In this document: positions 1-12,307 of the stretch, piece after piece
Numbering within the stretch: position 1 is the first letter of the stretch
How the letters are laid out: every line of letters begins with the position of its first letter
Origin: Eledone cirrhosa
Taxonomy: Eukaryota
NCBI GenBank assembly: GCA_964016885.1
Contig: OZ024744.1
Span: 7,688,001 to 7,752,000, forward strand
DNA: 64,000 bases
Direction: 5' to 3'
The notes under the pieces: model-generated
Databases searched by the model: none
The model's input: only the letters and a program-made list of their open reading frames with translations
What the model was told of the DNA's origin: nothing
Program-made: the position numbers and the translations under genes

Positions 1-3000
1 TTGGTGTTATGGATGTGGTTGCTGTTATGGTTGTGGTTGTTGTTGTGGTTGGTGTTATGGTTGTGGCTGTTGTTGTGGTTGGTGTTATGGTTGTGGTTGT
101 TGTTCTGGTTGTGGTTGGTGTTGTGGTTGGTGTTATGGTTGTAGTTCTTGTGGTTGTTGTTGTGGTGTGTGTTATGGTTGTGGTTGTTGTGGTTGTTGTT
201 GTGGTTGGTGTTATGGTTGTGGCTGTTGTTGTGGTTGTGGTTGTTGTTGTGGTTGTTGTTTTGGTTGGTGTTATGGTTGTGGTTGTTGTGGTTGGTGTTA
301 TGGTTGTGGTTGTTATGGTTGTTTTTGTGGTTGGTGTTGTGGATGTGGTTGTGGTTTTGTTTGGTGTTATGGTTGTGGTTGGTGTTGTGGTTGTGGTTGT
401 TGTTTTGGTTGGTGTTATGGTTGTGGTTGTTGTTGTGGTTGGTGTATTGGTTGTGGTTGTTGTGGTTACTGTTGTGGTTGGTGTTATGGTTGGTATTGTG
501 TTTGTGGCTGGTGTTGTGGTTGTTGTTATGGTTGTGGTTGTTGTGGTTGGTGTTATGGATGTGGTTGTTGTTATGGTTGTGGTTGTTGTTGTGGTTGGTG
601 TTATGGATGTGGTTGTTGTTATGGTTGTTAGTTGGTGTTGTGGTTGGTGTTGTGGTTGTTGTTGTGGTTGTGGTTGTTGTTGTGGTTGGTATTATGGTTG
701 TGGTTGTTGTTATGGTTGTGGTTGTTGTTGTGGTTGGTGTTATGGATGTGGTTGTTGTTATGGTTGTAGTTGTTGTTGTGGTTGGTGTTATGGATGTGGT
801 TGTTGTTATGGTTGTGGTTGTTGTTGTGGTTGGTGTTATGGTTGTGGTTGTTGTTATGGTTGTGGTCGTTGTTGTGGTTGGTGTTATGGATGTGGTTGTT
901 GTTATGGTTGTGGTTGTTGTGGTTGGTGTTATGGATGTGGTTGTTGTTATGGTTGTGGTTGTTGTTGTGGTTGGTGTTATGGATGTGGTTGCTGTTATGG
1001 TTGTGGTTGTTGTTGTGGTTGGTGTTATGGTTGTGGCTGTTGTTGTGGTTGTGTTTGTTGTTGTGGTTGGTGTTATGGTTGTAGTTGTTGTGATTGTTGT
1101 TCTGGTTTGTGTTATGGTTGTGGTTGTTGTGGTTGTTGTTGTGGTTGGTGTTATGGTTGTGGCTGTTGTTATGGTTGTAGTTGTTGTTGTGGTTGGTGTT
1201 GTGGTTGTGGTTGTTGTTTTGGTTGGTGTTATGGTTGTGGTTGTAGTGGTTGGTGTTATGGTTGTGGTTGTTATGGTTGTTGTTGTGGTTGGTGTTGTGG
1301 ATGTGGTTGTGGTTTTGTTTGGTGTTATGGTTGTGGTTATTGTGGTTGTTGTTGTGGTTGGTGTTATGGTTGTGGTTGTTGTGGTTGGTGTTGTGGTTGG
1401 TGTTGTGGTTGTGGTTGTTGTTGTGTATGGTGTAGTGGTTGTGGTTGTTGTCTTGGTTGGTGTTATGGTTGTGGTTGTTGTGGTTGTTGTTGTGGTTGGT
1501 GTTATGTTTGGTATTGTGTCTGTGGTTGGTGTTGTGGTTGGTGTTATGGTTGTGGTTGTTGTTGTGGTTGTTGTTGTGGTTGGTGTTGTGGTTGTGGTTG
1601 TTGTTGTGGTTGGTGTTATGGTTGTGGTTGTTGTGGTTGTTGCTGTGGTTGGTGTTATGGTTGTGGTTGTTGTGGTTGGTGTTATGGTTGTGGTTGTTGT
1701 TGTGGTTGGTGTTATGGTTGTGGTTGTTGTGGTTGTTGTTGTGGTTGGTGTTGTGGTTGTTGTTGTGGTTGGTGTTGTGGTTGTGGTTGTAGTTTTGGTT
1801 GGTGTTATGGTTGTGATTGTTGTGGTTGGTGTTATGGTTGTGGTTGTTGTTGTGGTTGATGTTATGGTTGTTGTTGTTGTGGTTGGTGTTGTGGTTGGTG
1901 TAATGGTAGTGTATGTTGTTGTGTTTGGTGTTATGGTTGTGGTTGTTGTTGTGGTTGATGTTATGGTTGTGGTTGTTGTGGTTGTTGTTGTGGTTGGTGT
2001 TATGGTTGTGGTTATTGTGGTTGTTGTGGTTGGTGTTATGGTTGTGGTTGTTGTGGTTGTTGTCGTGGTTGGTGTTGTGGTTGTGATTGGTGCTGTGGTT
2101 GTGATTGTTGTGGTTGTTGTTGTGGTTGGTGTTGTGGTTGGTGTTGTGGTTGTTGTTGTGGTTGTGGTTGTTGTTTTGGTTGGTGTTGTGGTTGTTGTGG
2201 TTGTTGGTGTTGTGTTTGTGGTTGTTGTTGTGGTTGGTCTTGTTGTTGTGGTTGGTGTTGTGGTTGTTGTTGTGGTTGGTGTTGTGGTTGTGGTTGTTGT
2301 TGTGGTTGGTGTTGTGGTTGGTGTTGTTGGTGGTGTTGTGGTTGGTGTTGTGGTTGGTGTTGTGGTTGGTGTTGTGTTTGTGGTTGGTGTTATGGTTGGT
2401 GTTGTGGTTGTTGTTCTGGTTGCTGTTGTGTTTGTTGTTGTGGTTGGTGTTGTGGTTGGTGTTGTGGTTGTTGTTGTGATTGTGGTTGGTGTTTTGGTTG
2501 GTGTTGTGGTTGGTGTTGTGGTTGTGGTTGTTGTTCTGGCTGGTATTATGTTTGTGGTTGTGGTTGTTGTTGTGGTTCTTGTTGTGGTGGGTCTTATGGT
2601 TGTGGTTGTTGTTGTGGTTGGTGTTGTGGTTGTTGTTGTGGTTGTTGTTGTGGTTGGTGTTGTGGTCATGGTTGTTGTTGTGGTTGTTGTTGTGGTTGTT
2701 GTTGTGGTCATTGTTGTAGTTGTTGTTGTTGTTGTTGTTGTTGTTGTTGGTGTTATGGTTGTGTTTGTTGTGGTGGTTGGTGTTGTGGTTGTTGTTGGTG
2801 TTGTGGTTGTTGTTATGGTTGTGGTTGTTGTTGTGGTTGTTGTTGTGGTTGGTGTTGTAGTTGTGGTTGTTGTTTTGGTTGGTGTTATGGTTGTGGTTGT
2901 TGTTGTGGTTGGGTTATTGGTTGTGGTTGTTGTGGTTGCTGTTGTGGTTGGTGTTATGGTTGTGGTTGTTGTTGTGGTTGTTGTTGTGGTTGGTGTTGTG

Positions 3001-4528
3001 GTTGTGGTTATTGTTGTGGTTGGTGTTACGGTTGTGATTGTTGTGGTTGTTGTTGTGGTTGGTGTTGTGGTTGTGGTTGTCGTGGTTATTGTTGTGGTTG
3101 GTGTTATGGTTGTGGTTGTTGTTATGGTTGGTGTTGTGGTTGTGGTTGTTGTGATTATTGTTGTGGTTGTTGTTATGGTTGTGGCTGTTGTTATGTTTTG
3201 TGTTGTGGTTGTGGTTGTTGTTGTGGTTGTTGTTATGGTTGTGGTTGCTGTTGTGGTTGGTGTTGTGGTTGTGGTTGTTGTTGTGGTTGGTGTTGTGTTT
3301 GTGGTTGTTGTTGTGGTTGTTGTTGTGGATGTTGTTTTGGTTGTTGTTGTGGTAGGTGTTGTGTTTGTGGTTGTTGTTGTGGTTGTTGTTGTGGATGTTG
3401 TTGTGATTGTTGTGGTAGGTGTTGTGTTTGTGGTTGTTGTTGTGGTTGTTGTTGTGGATGTTGTTGTGGTTGTTGTGGTTGGTGTTGTGTTTGTGGTTGT
3501 TGTTGTGGTTGTTGTTGTGGTTGTTGTTGTGGTTGTTGTTGTGGTAGGTGTTGTGTTTGTGGTTGTTGTTGTGGTTGTTGTTGTTGATGTTGTTGTGGTT
3601 GTTGTGGTTGGTGTTGTGTTTGTGGTTGTTTTTGTGGTTGTTGTTGTGGATGTTGCTGTGGTTGTTGTGGTAGGTGTTGTGTTTGTGGTTGTTGTTGTGG
3701 TTGTTGTTGTGGATGTTGTTGTGGTTGTTGTGGTTGGTGTTGTGTTTGTGGTTGTTGTTGTGGTTGTTGTTGTGGTTGTTGTTGTGGTTGGTGTTGTGTT
3801 TGTGGTTGTTGTTGTGGTTGTTGTTGTGGATGTTGTTGTGGTTGTTGTGGTAGGTGTTGTGTTTGTGGTTGTTGTTGAGGTTGTTGTTGTGGATGTTGTT
3901 GTGGTTGTTGTTGTGGTTGGTGTTGTGTTTGTGGTTGTTGTTGTGGTTGTTGTTGTGGATGTTGTTGTGGTTGTTGTGGTAGGTGTTGTGTTTGTGGTTG
4001 TTTTTGTGGTTGTTGTTGTGGATGTTGTTGTGGTTGTTGTTGTGGTTGGTGTTGTGTTTGTGGTTGTTGTTTTGGTTGTTGTTGTGGATGTTGTTGTGGT
4101 TGTTGTGGTAGGTGTTGTGTTTGTGGTTGTTGTTGTGGTTGTTGTTGTGGATGTTGTTGTGGTTGTTGTGGTAGGTGTTGTGTTTGTGGTTGTTGTTGTG
4201 GTTGTTGTTGTGGATGTTGTTGTGGTTGTTGTGGTTGTTGTTGTGTTTGTGGTTGTTGTTGTGGTTGTTGTTGTGGATGTTGTTGTGGTAGGTGTTGTGT
4301 TTGTAGTTGTTGTTGTGGTTGTCGTTGTGGATGTTGTTGTGGTTGTTGTTGTGGTTGTTGTTGTGGTAGGTGTTGTTTTTGTGGTTGTTGTTGTGTTTGT
4401 GGTTGTTGTTGTGAATGTTGTTGTGGTTGTTGTTGTGGTTGTTGTTGTGGTAGGTGTTGTGTTTGTGGTTGTTGTTGTGGATGTTGTTGTGGATATTGTT
4501 GTGGTAGGTGTTGTGTTTGTGGTGTCTT
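1..4528. repeat. Triplet-phased low-complexity array (GTT/GTG/GGT on +; ACA/ACC/CCA on -), truncated by window start
   Basis: Continuous GTTGTGGTTGGTGTTATG-type units. Sub-arrays differ: ATG-rich units in about 1-2050, and GTAGGTGTTGTGTTTGTG...GATGTT units of about 60 bp in 3290-4520. All poly-Val, poly-Cys, poly-Leu/Trp and His/Asn ORFs in the track are readings of this array. Confidence 0.97.
630..4526 (-). CDS. Candidate mucin-like PTS (Thr/Pro/Ser-rich) exon of about 1300 codons, not in the ORF track
   Basis: The minus frame after TAA at 4527-4529 reads DTTNTTPTTTISTTTSTTTTTNTTPTT...; I found no stop down to about 630. Variants are often synonymous in this frame (CCA/CCT Pro; ACA/ACC/ACT/ACG Thr; TCC/TCA Ser). 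There is one phase slip at about 630. No convincing start or splice acceptor was seen. Confidence 0.5.
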
Positions 4529-4585
4529 AGCATTGTTTTCTCAAACAACAATAATTCAACTTGTTAATAAGAGGACTACCTATAG

Positions 4586-4785
4586 CACCATCCTCATCAC
4601 CACCATCATCATCACCACCATCACCACCATCCCCATCACCACCGCCACCACCGCCATCATCTCCATTAACACCCACCATATCAATATTGTCATCAGCTCC
4701 ACTCTCATCACCAACAATATCATCATTGTAATCAGTATTATCCTCATTATTACCCGCCTTATCGATATCATCATAGATAATATCT
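4586..4785. repeat. Degenerate (CAT/CAC)n trinucleotide tract
   Basis: caccatcctcatcaccaccatcatcatcaccacc...; explains ORFs 4533..4787 and 4580..4774. Confidence 0.85.
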
Positions 4786-5224
4786 AAGTTATCGCTATAG
4801 TAATGACTACAGCCAAATGGCAGCCACCGACATTGTCATTACTAGTAGTAGTAGTAGTTTCCTCAATTGATACTTAACATTGCCTTATAGTGTCCTAAAC
4901 TTGGCTCTTATAATCCTAACATTTCGGTATTTTTACCATTTAGACATCTGCAGGTATTGGTTGTATTTGGTACAATTGCCGGTATCTAGGACAGAACCAA
5001 ATAATATTTTTTATTCAAACCACGAGCACTAATTATTTTAAAACTCTGTTCATACCTGAGGTAATCTCGTATTAATTTATTACCTTTGATATTGCTTGCA
5101 TGTTTCATTCAGCCGAACTCCTTATTTAGAACGAACGTACCCGGAAGATTGAATGAGGGTCGGAAACATAGCAATGTTTATGAAGTTTTCATATTAATAT
5201 TGACTCTCATTTTGGCAGAACGAT

Positions 5225-5400
5225 GGGCGTAGTTAATTCTATCAACACAGTACTTCACTGGTACTATATTTTATTGACATCGTAAGGATGAAAGGCAAAA
5301 TTACTTTGGTCGAATTTGAACTCAGAATATAAAGAAACAGTACAAATATCACAATGGTATTTCATCTGACAGTCTGGTAATGCTGCCAAGTTACTCCCCA
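5225..5400 (-). mobile_element. tRNA-derived SINE fragment (family with core CTTTCATCCTTNCGGGGTCGATAAAATAAGTACCAGT, Meta-domain-like)
   Basis: actggtactatattttattgacatcgtaaggatgaaaggcaaaattactttggtcgaatttgaactcagaa is the reverse complement of the copies at 23447 and 44091. Confidence 0.75.
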
Positions 5401-7071
5401 TACAATTCTATAATAATATTATAATGGATAGTATATTACTCACCTTTATTTTGTCTTCTTAATAAAGAAAGAGTGAGACCTAACATTTTCACTAATATTA
5501 GGGGAAGGAACTGCCTTTTGTTAGTTTCAAAACAGTCTAGAGTTTATGAATAAAGAATTGGATACAACCCACACGACCGGCTATTTGTTATATCAAACAA
5601 GTATTTGAAATTTCGAAAGGTTTTTTTTTTTTCCTTCCATATTAAAGCATACCAAGTTTGACATATCTTATCTCATAAATCAATAATTTTCTACTTGGTA
5701 TCTCTGCTATTATTTTTTCCTTAATAATTTCCAGCAATATCTTTGCTGTCTTTAACAGTCAGTAAGTTTACTACGTACTAATGTAATATACTAAACCTGG
5801 CAGTTGTGGTGGCAGGTGGTTAAGGGTAATGTTGATTAATTCTTATGTTACCACCTCAAAAACAAATCAACAAAGATTGTCAAACGTGACTTTATCGTTA
5901 TCTCACGTGACTCTTCCTTTCAGATGTAACGAGATATCACAATTCATCAATCAAGTTGATAAAAATGGAAATAGAGAGGAGAGGATACAATAGAGAGATA
6001 ACAATAGAGAACGCGAGACTGTTGTAAGTCGTTTAAATTGAACCTATTCGCGGTTTACATGTCGTCATTTCCATAATAACAAAACAAAAGAAAAACACAA
6101 TACTGAACAAAGGTAAATAACTCTAGTATTCCAATGGTATAGATTGTAATAAACATGCAACGGAACTATGACCATGACTAGAATACATGCAAAAAAAAGG
6201 AGCTCCGTTAAGAAATATCCAATGATCAGTACTACAAATGAACAGAAACACACTGGTGGGCTTTCATACAGTTTGTCTACAAAATATCGCTTACAAACGA
6301 CGTCCCTTCTTTAATGTGTTGTGCTATCGAACAGTATTACGATAAACTTTACATTTACTCAGCTTTAACTATATCAAATGGCATTACGTAGCCATGGGTT
6401 TGTAGAAAAGAAACACTGTCAAGTATCTGATTGTTGCTTATGTTAATGACCATAGCTGCTCCAGCATTATATCTCGTCTTGACCAAGGACAAAATGTCTC
6501 TCCGACGCTGTACAAACTCGTTGCCTTAAGGAGACAGTCTAATTAAAATTGATTTTATAGTGACTAACATTGCTTGTGTTTTTAACGAAACGCATAATAA
6601 CGGTTGAATTCCATTTTCGATTCCATTAAATCTTATATGACATTTGCAACAAATATTTATAAAGAAAAAAATACTAACTACATACTTAATGTGGCGACAA
6701 TTTTGAATGATTTTCGTATAAAGAATGTAGAAATTAATATTTTATAAGATATACTGGCAAGATAGTAAGAAAAAGTCAAGTCTTGCCAAGTCAAGTTTGT
6801 AATGTAATGGCATTCAATTTCATTAAATTACTTATCAACTGAAGTGTTCTTTACTTAAAATGTTCTTTACTTATTGCTTTCAGTAAGTAGAACATTAAAT
6901 ATGTGGATTATAAACCAGAATATACAAGGCGATGCATATATTTCTGGCCACTTTCTTCCGTCTCTAGGAAGAATTTATCGGACCATTTCAGCTATTATCT
7001 GTTGCGAATGACTGTTATAACAGACATTATCTGCGTTTGGCTTCCTTACGTCTCCAAATTTTCAAATGTAT

Positions 7072-7193
<122 letters not shown>

Positions 7194-7695
7194 GTATTCT
7201 TAGCACGTGGCTTGAATTCTTGTCAGAGTTCAACGACCTGCGCATGTACTGTTTTTGGCGTTAGCCTTCTTTCTCCCATTTTCGGGACAGTGTGAGATTT
7301 TCTTTAGAACTGCTACACTAACAACCTAGCAGCTCCCTCAAACACTGATGGTGATTATCGCTAGATATTGATGTTGATTTGGTTATCAATATTAATATTA
7401 TTGGGTGACCCACTGAAGAATTAATAAGAGCCCACTTGAATAAGTATCTGTTGATCTTATACAAGTTTCTACATAATTTGGTATATTTTCACCCAACTTG
7501 TAGAAATCTTATAATGAAACGAGTCGTCTGGGAAGAGATATATTTGATATATCATATGAAATGATACAGCCAATTATCCACAATATAGTTAGCACCCCGA
7601 ACGTTTAATTGGGAATATACTCAGGTATTTCCTAATGTTTGTCGAGTGAGTTGGAACTTGGCCGGAGTATCGCTATTGGCTTTCTCTGATTATGT

Positions 7696-7743
<48 letters not shown>

Positions 7744-7938
7744 ATACTTGGGGAGGGTCATATTGTTGTAATATTGCCACTTATATAAGTAGTTCTCACT
7801 TATATAAGTAGTTAGTACACCATACTGAGAATAAGTGTTCTCGATATGTTGAACTAACTGTTGTGGAACTACTTCTATCAAACTCGTCCCATGGACTGAG
7901 TGCTCTACTACTACGGATATAACCGTCCAGTGTTCTAC

Positions 7939-8052
<114 letters not shown>

Positions 8053-8190
8053 ATAAGCAGAAGGAATATTTAAGTAGTTGGAAATCCAACAAATATAAGT
8101 GTTTATAACTGATTCAGAGCACTCGACAGTTTCTGGAGTAAATATTCAATGATATTAAATAAATGGAAACTATATTTATAAAAGCATATT

Positions 8191-8253
8191 TATTCTATTA
8201 TACATATTTCAAGGGTACCAAAACACTTTGGTACGCTTTCATCAGATAAAATA
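8191..8253 (-). ncRNA. Minimal type-I hammerhead ribozyme in pLTR
   Basis: Minus strand: TATTTTAT-CTGATGA-AAGCGTACCAAA(GTGT)TTTGGTACCCTT-GAAA-TATGTA-TA^ATAGAATA; 8-bp stem I, long stem II, near-palindromic stem III. Confidence 0.85.
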
Positions 8254-9019
8254 CAAAGACAGTTTTACAAATGTTGACGTAGCCAAGGAAAATCATACCC
8301 TATCAGTTGAATATTCCCTGGGTAATGAGAATATAGAACGGATTTTTCAAACTTATGGATGAATATGCAAATAAATATGTAAATAATTGAAAAACCGTTA
8401 TTTTAAACGCTATGGAAAGTTTAGATATATAATAATAAGAGAGAAAGAAGAAGGAAAAAGAAAGATAAAGGAAGACCACATATAACGTTAATTTGGGGGA
8501 AATGTATTCGAACATTTATCTATGTATATATTTATATGGAGAATTATGTATGGAGAATTATGTTTGTAAGTATTTATCTTATTATATTGTAGTGGGATAT
8601 ATATCTATATATATTTTAATAGCATATGTATTTTTATTAAAAGGATAATTTACAATTATTAGTTGTTTATACTATGAGTTACGAGGGTTGTTGATTTTGT
8701 GTTTTAAGTAGATAAATAAATAAATAGGTAGTTCATGTTTTAGGTGGTTGTTCTAATATGAGTTACGAGGGAAGTTGATTTTGTATTTTATGTAAATAAA
8801 TATATAATTAAAATTAAAATTAAATTAACGGAGTTAAGTATAATATTTATATGATTGAAAATGAAAGATAACTCCGATTTTATTTGTTAATCATTAGTGT
8901 GAGATTACTTAATTATTTAGTCGAAAGAAGTATGGATGTTTGGGATACATTTAATGGTTATTAATCTACGTTTAAAGAATAGTTTTAGAGGGTGTCATTG
9001 TACTTAATAAAGAATTAAG

Positions 9020-9175
9020 AAATAAAAAAATTGAAAAATTAAAAATAAAAAAATTGAAAAATTAAAAATTAAAAAATTAAAAAATTAAAAAATTAAGATT
9101 AAAAATTAAAAAAATTAAAGTATTAAAAAAATTAAAAAATTAAAAAATTAAAATTAAAATTTAAAAATTGAAATT
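9020..9175. repeat. (AAAAATT)n-like tract inside the pLTR
   Basis: aaaaattaaaaattaaaaaattaaaaaatt...; the upstream pLTR copy terminates inside this tract at about 15222. Confidence 0.85.
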
Positions 9176-9329
9176 ATATACGTATATATTATAAGAAATT
9201 TTTAAAAAGTGAAAGTACTACAAATATTAAAGATATGATTTAGAGATATCAATATATTAAAAATAAAAATAAATTGTTAAAGAAGAGAGGATTGTTTTGG
9301 AGATTAATAGGTATATTATAACTATAATT

Positions 9330-11552
9330 ATAAGTTATATATAGTTCTGAATGTCGAATTCTGGCCATGTCTACAAGAACTGAATAATTCTGTTCTGAGA
9401 TTAATAGAGTTTTGACAGTTAATTATATAAAAAATTTCTTCAGTACACAATTTATAGAATCTTGATAAAGCCGTGTTTCGGTATGCAGGTGCTTTCGAAA
9501 TCGTTTTCCAAGATATTGAATAGTCTATATTCTTGCTTTTTAAGTTCCATATAAGGTGTGAAAGGGAAGTAGAATATGTTTATCAGATCTTTTAAAAGAG
9601 TGATTGTGGTTATTCCGGCGAACTTTAAATTCTGTAGAAGTGGCACCGACTTAGTTAAATATATTTTCGCTAGTTTTAACTGTGCTTTTAGAGACTACGT
9701 TTTTATCTAAACACTTATTTTGTAAAGGGCAGTTTGATTTGATTCTAGAGTTACATTTTACGAAGTTGTTGCTCGGAACGGTACTATTAGGTTGGATATT
9801 GCTAGAAATATTATTATTGCTATTATGGTTATTTTGGTTATGGTTTAAATTTAAGTTTCTATTATTAATTCTATTCATATTTTGAGCTATGTTCATAGTA
9901 GTAGAGTAGAATAGTTTTATAGTATGTCTGTTAAAGATTGAGTGGTATATGTGGGCTTTAGGAAAACATTTGTCTAGTGCTTTAAAGAATAGCTTTGCTA
10001 AAGGTGTTTTAACGCTTAATAAGAATGGGTGTGAATACCAAATAATGTTTCTTGTTATTTTGTTTGTTTTAGAGTTTAAGTTAAATTGTTTATAATTATT
10101 ACAATTAATAGTAGGGTGATTTTCATTATTATTGTTGTCAATGTATTTAATTGTATTCATATACCCTGCTTTATTTAAAGCTTCATTATAATATTCAGCC
10201 TTATCATCAAAAATAGTTTTATTAGCAGAGATGCGTGTTGGACGCTATTGACACTAGTTTTCTTAATAGATCTAGGATGATTAGAGTTAAAACTTACGTA
10301 ATTTAGATTCTCATTAATTTTATGGAATGGATAGTAGAGCCCTGTGTTAATGTTTAATGTTACGTCTAAAAAGTTAACGATTTTATAGTTATTCTCTATT
10401 TCTAACTTAAGGTTATAATTATTGAAGAATTGTATTATGGATTTTCTTTTCCTATTAATTTCACAATTACTATGATTTTCAATTAAAAGCAGCATATCAT
10501 CACGATATAAACCACCGGTCATCTCTGGCATTTTTCTATGCAGTGTATTATTAATAAATAAGCCCACAAGATCCGTTATTTGTGCCGAGTTAGATGATCC
10601 CATGGTGATATCTAAATTATTTTTTCTATCGGCTCTTGTCCAGAGATGATTGTTGAATTCAATTGAAGTTTTCCGTGCAATTAAAATTATATGCATTTCT
10701 TCACTAGATAAATGTGTATGTTTTGATGCATAGATGAGAGCCCTGTCAAGTAAACTAGGAGTAATGGAGGAGTAGTAATTTTCTATATCCTTTTGAATGA
10801 ATTTTTTGTTATGTTTAAATGTTATGTTATTGAACCAATCTATAACCTCATTAGTACCGTTCCATAGTTTTAGGTGTGATTTTTCTTTAAGTTGCGGTAT
10901 GATTTTATCTAATATATTTATACGAATTATGCCTAAATCTGATTTAGAAGGTGCTATAAGTATGACTGGTAGTTCTATTTCAAAGTTTCTTTTGTGATCT
11001 TTCAGGTTAATTTTCGGTCTTCTCGTATAAAGGGTTCAGTCCTATTTTGGATGCCGAATTTATGAATTATTTCGGAAGCTTCTCTATTTAACGTTGCAAG
11101 ATCTTCATTTTGTAGTTTATTCTGAATTCCTTCAATATAAGGTTATTGTAGTCGTCCTTTTGCATTCCGTATAGATTGTTAGTTTTATCAGATTTTACGA
11201 GGATCTTCTCAGTTTTTTCAAGATTGTCTATATTCTTCTTGAGGCCTTTAAGGTATTCCTGGCCAACAAATTGTTTTTTCTTGAATTTGATGTTTTGTAT
11301 AATAGATATTACTTCGTTTTCAAATTCCATTAATAGTTTGTTGTTAGGTGGATTCTTCTTAGATTTGAAGATAAGATCCAAGTTGTAACTGGATTTATTT
11401 GTTTTTTCATCTGATTTTCTATCGAAATGGAAAGCATGCCATCTAAGTCTTCGTATGAAGGAGTCAGATTTCTCAATGAGTTGTTTCAGATATTCCTTAT
11501 TCATAGGTAAAGGTACATCTTTTAAAGAGGAATAAATCCTAAAGAATTCCAT
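9330..11552 (-). pseudogene. PLE reverse transcriptase + C-terminal GIY-YIG endonuclease, frameshifted
   Basis: ORF pieces: SSLKDVPLP...FIRRLRWHAF (N-term), VKSDKTNNLY, DITMGSSNSAQITDLVG, GGLYRDD (RT catalytic), NFLDVTLN, SNHP, IIWYSHPF, CPLQNKCL, and manually read KLCTEE...NLRTELFSSCRH ending near 9330. Confidence 0.9.
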
Positions 11553-11741
11553 TATTTATCAATCAATTATAATTTAAAGTGCTCAACATTAAAGGAGCTA
11601 TTTATAAGTAGAAGGGATATTTAATTTGTCGGAAATCCAACAAATATAAGTGTTTATAACTGATTCAGAGCACTCGACAGTTTCTGGAGTAAATATTCAA
11701 TGATATTAAATAAAAGGAAACTATATTTATAAAAGCATATT

Positions 11742-11803
11742 TATTCTATTATACATATTTCAAGGGTACCAAAAATTTTGGTACACTTTCATCAGATAAA
11801 AAA
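11742..11803 (-). ncRNA. Minimal type-I hammerhead ribozyme in second pLTR
   Basis: Minus strand: TTTTTTAT-CTGATGA-AAGTGTACCAAAATTTTTGGTACCCTT-GAAA-TATGTA-TA^ATAGAATA. Confidence 0.85.
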
Positions 11804-12307
11804 CAAAGAATGTTTTACAGATTTTGACGTAGCCAAAGAAAATCATACCCTATCAGTTGAATATTCCTTGGGTAATGAGAATATAGAACGGATTTTTCAA
11901 ACTTATGGATGAATATGCAAATGAATATGTAAATAATTGAAAAACCGTTATTTTAAACGCTATGGAAAGTTTAGATATATAATAATAAGAGAGAAAGAAG
12001 GAAAAAAGAAAGATAAAGGAAGACCACATATAACGTTAATTTGGGGGAAATGTATTCGAACATTTATCTATGTATATATTTATATGGAGTATTATGTATG
12101 GAGAATTATGTTTGTAAGTATTTATCTTATTATATTGTAGTGGGATATATATCTATATATATTTTAATAGCATATGTATTTTTATTAAAAGGATAATTTA
12201 CAATTATTAGTTGTTTATACTATGAGTTACGAGGGTTGTTGATTTTGTGTTTTAAGTAGATAAATAAATAAATAGGTAGTTCATGTTTTAGGTGGTTGTT
12301 CTAATAT

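Noticed and set aside
9-4551. Poly-Val, Cys/Gly-rich (keratin-associated or metallothionein-like), Leu/Trp and His/Asn ORFs
   Set aside because: Alternative readings of one triplet array; compositions are implausible or interrupted by stops. Only the minus Thr frame is a credible protein.
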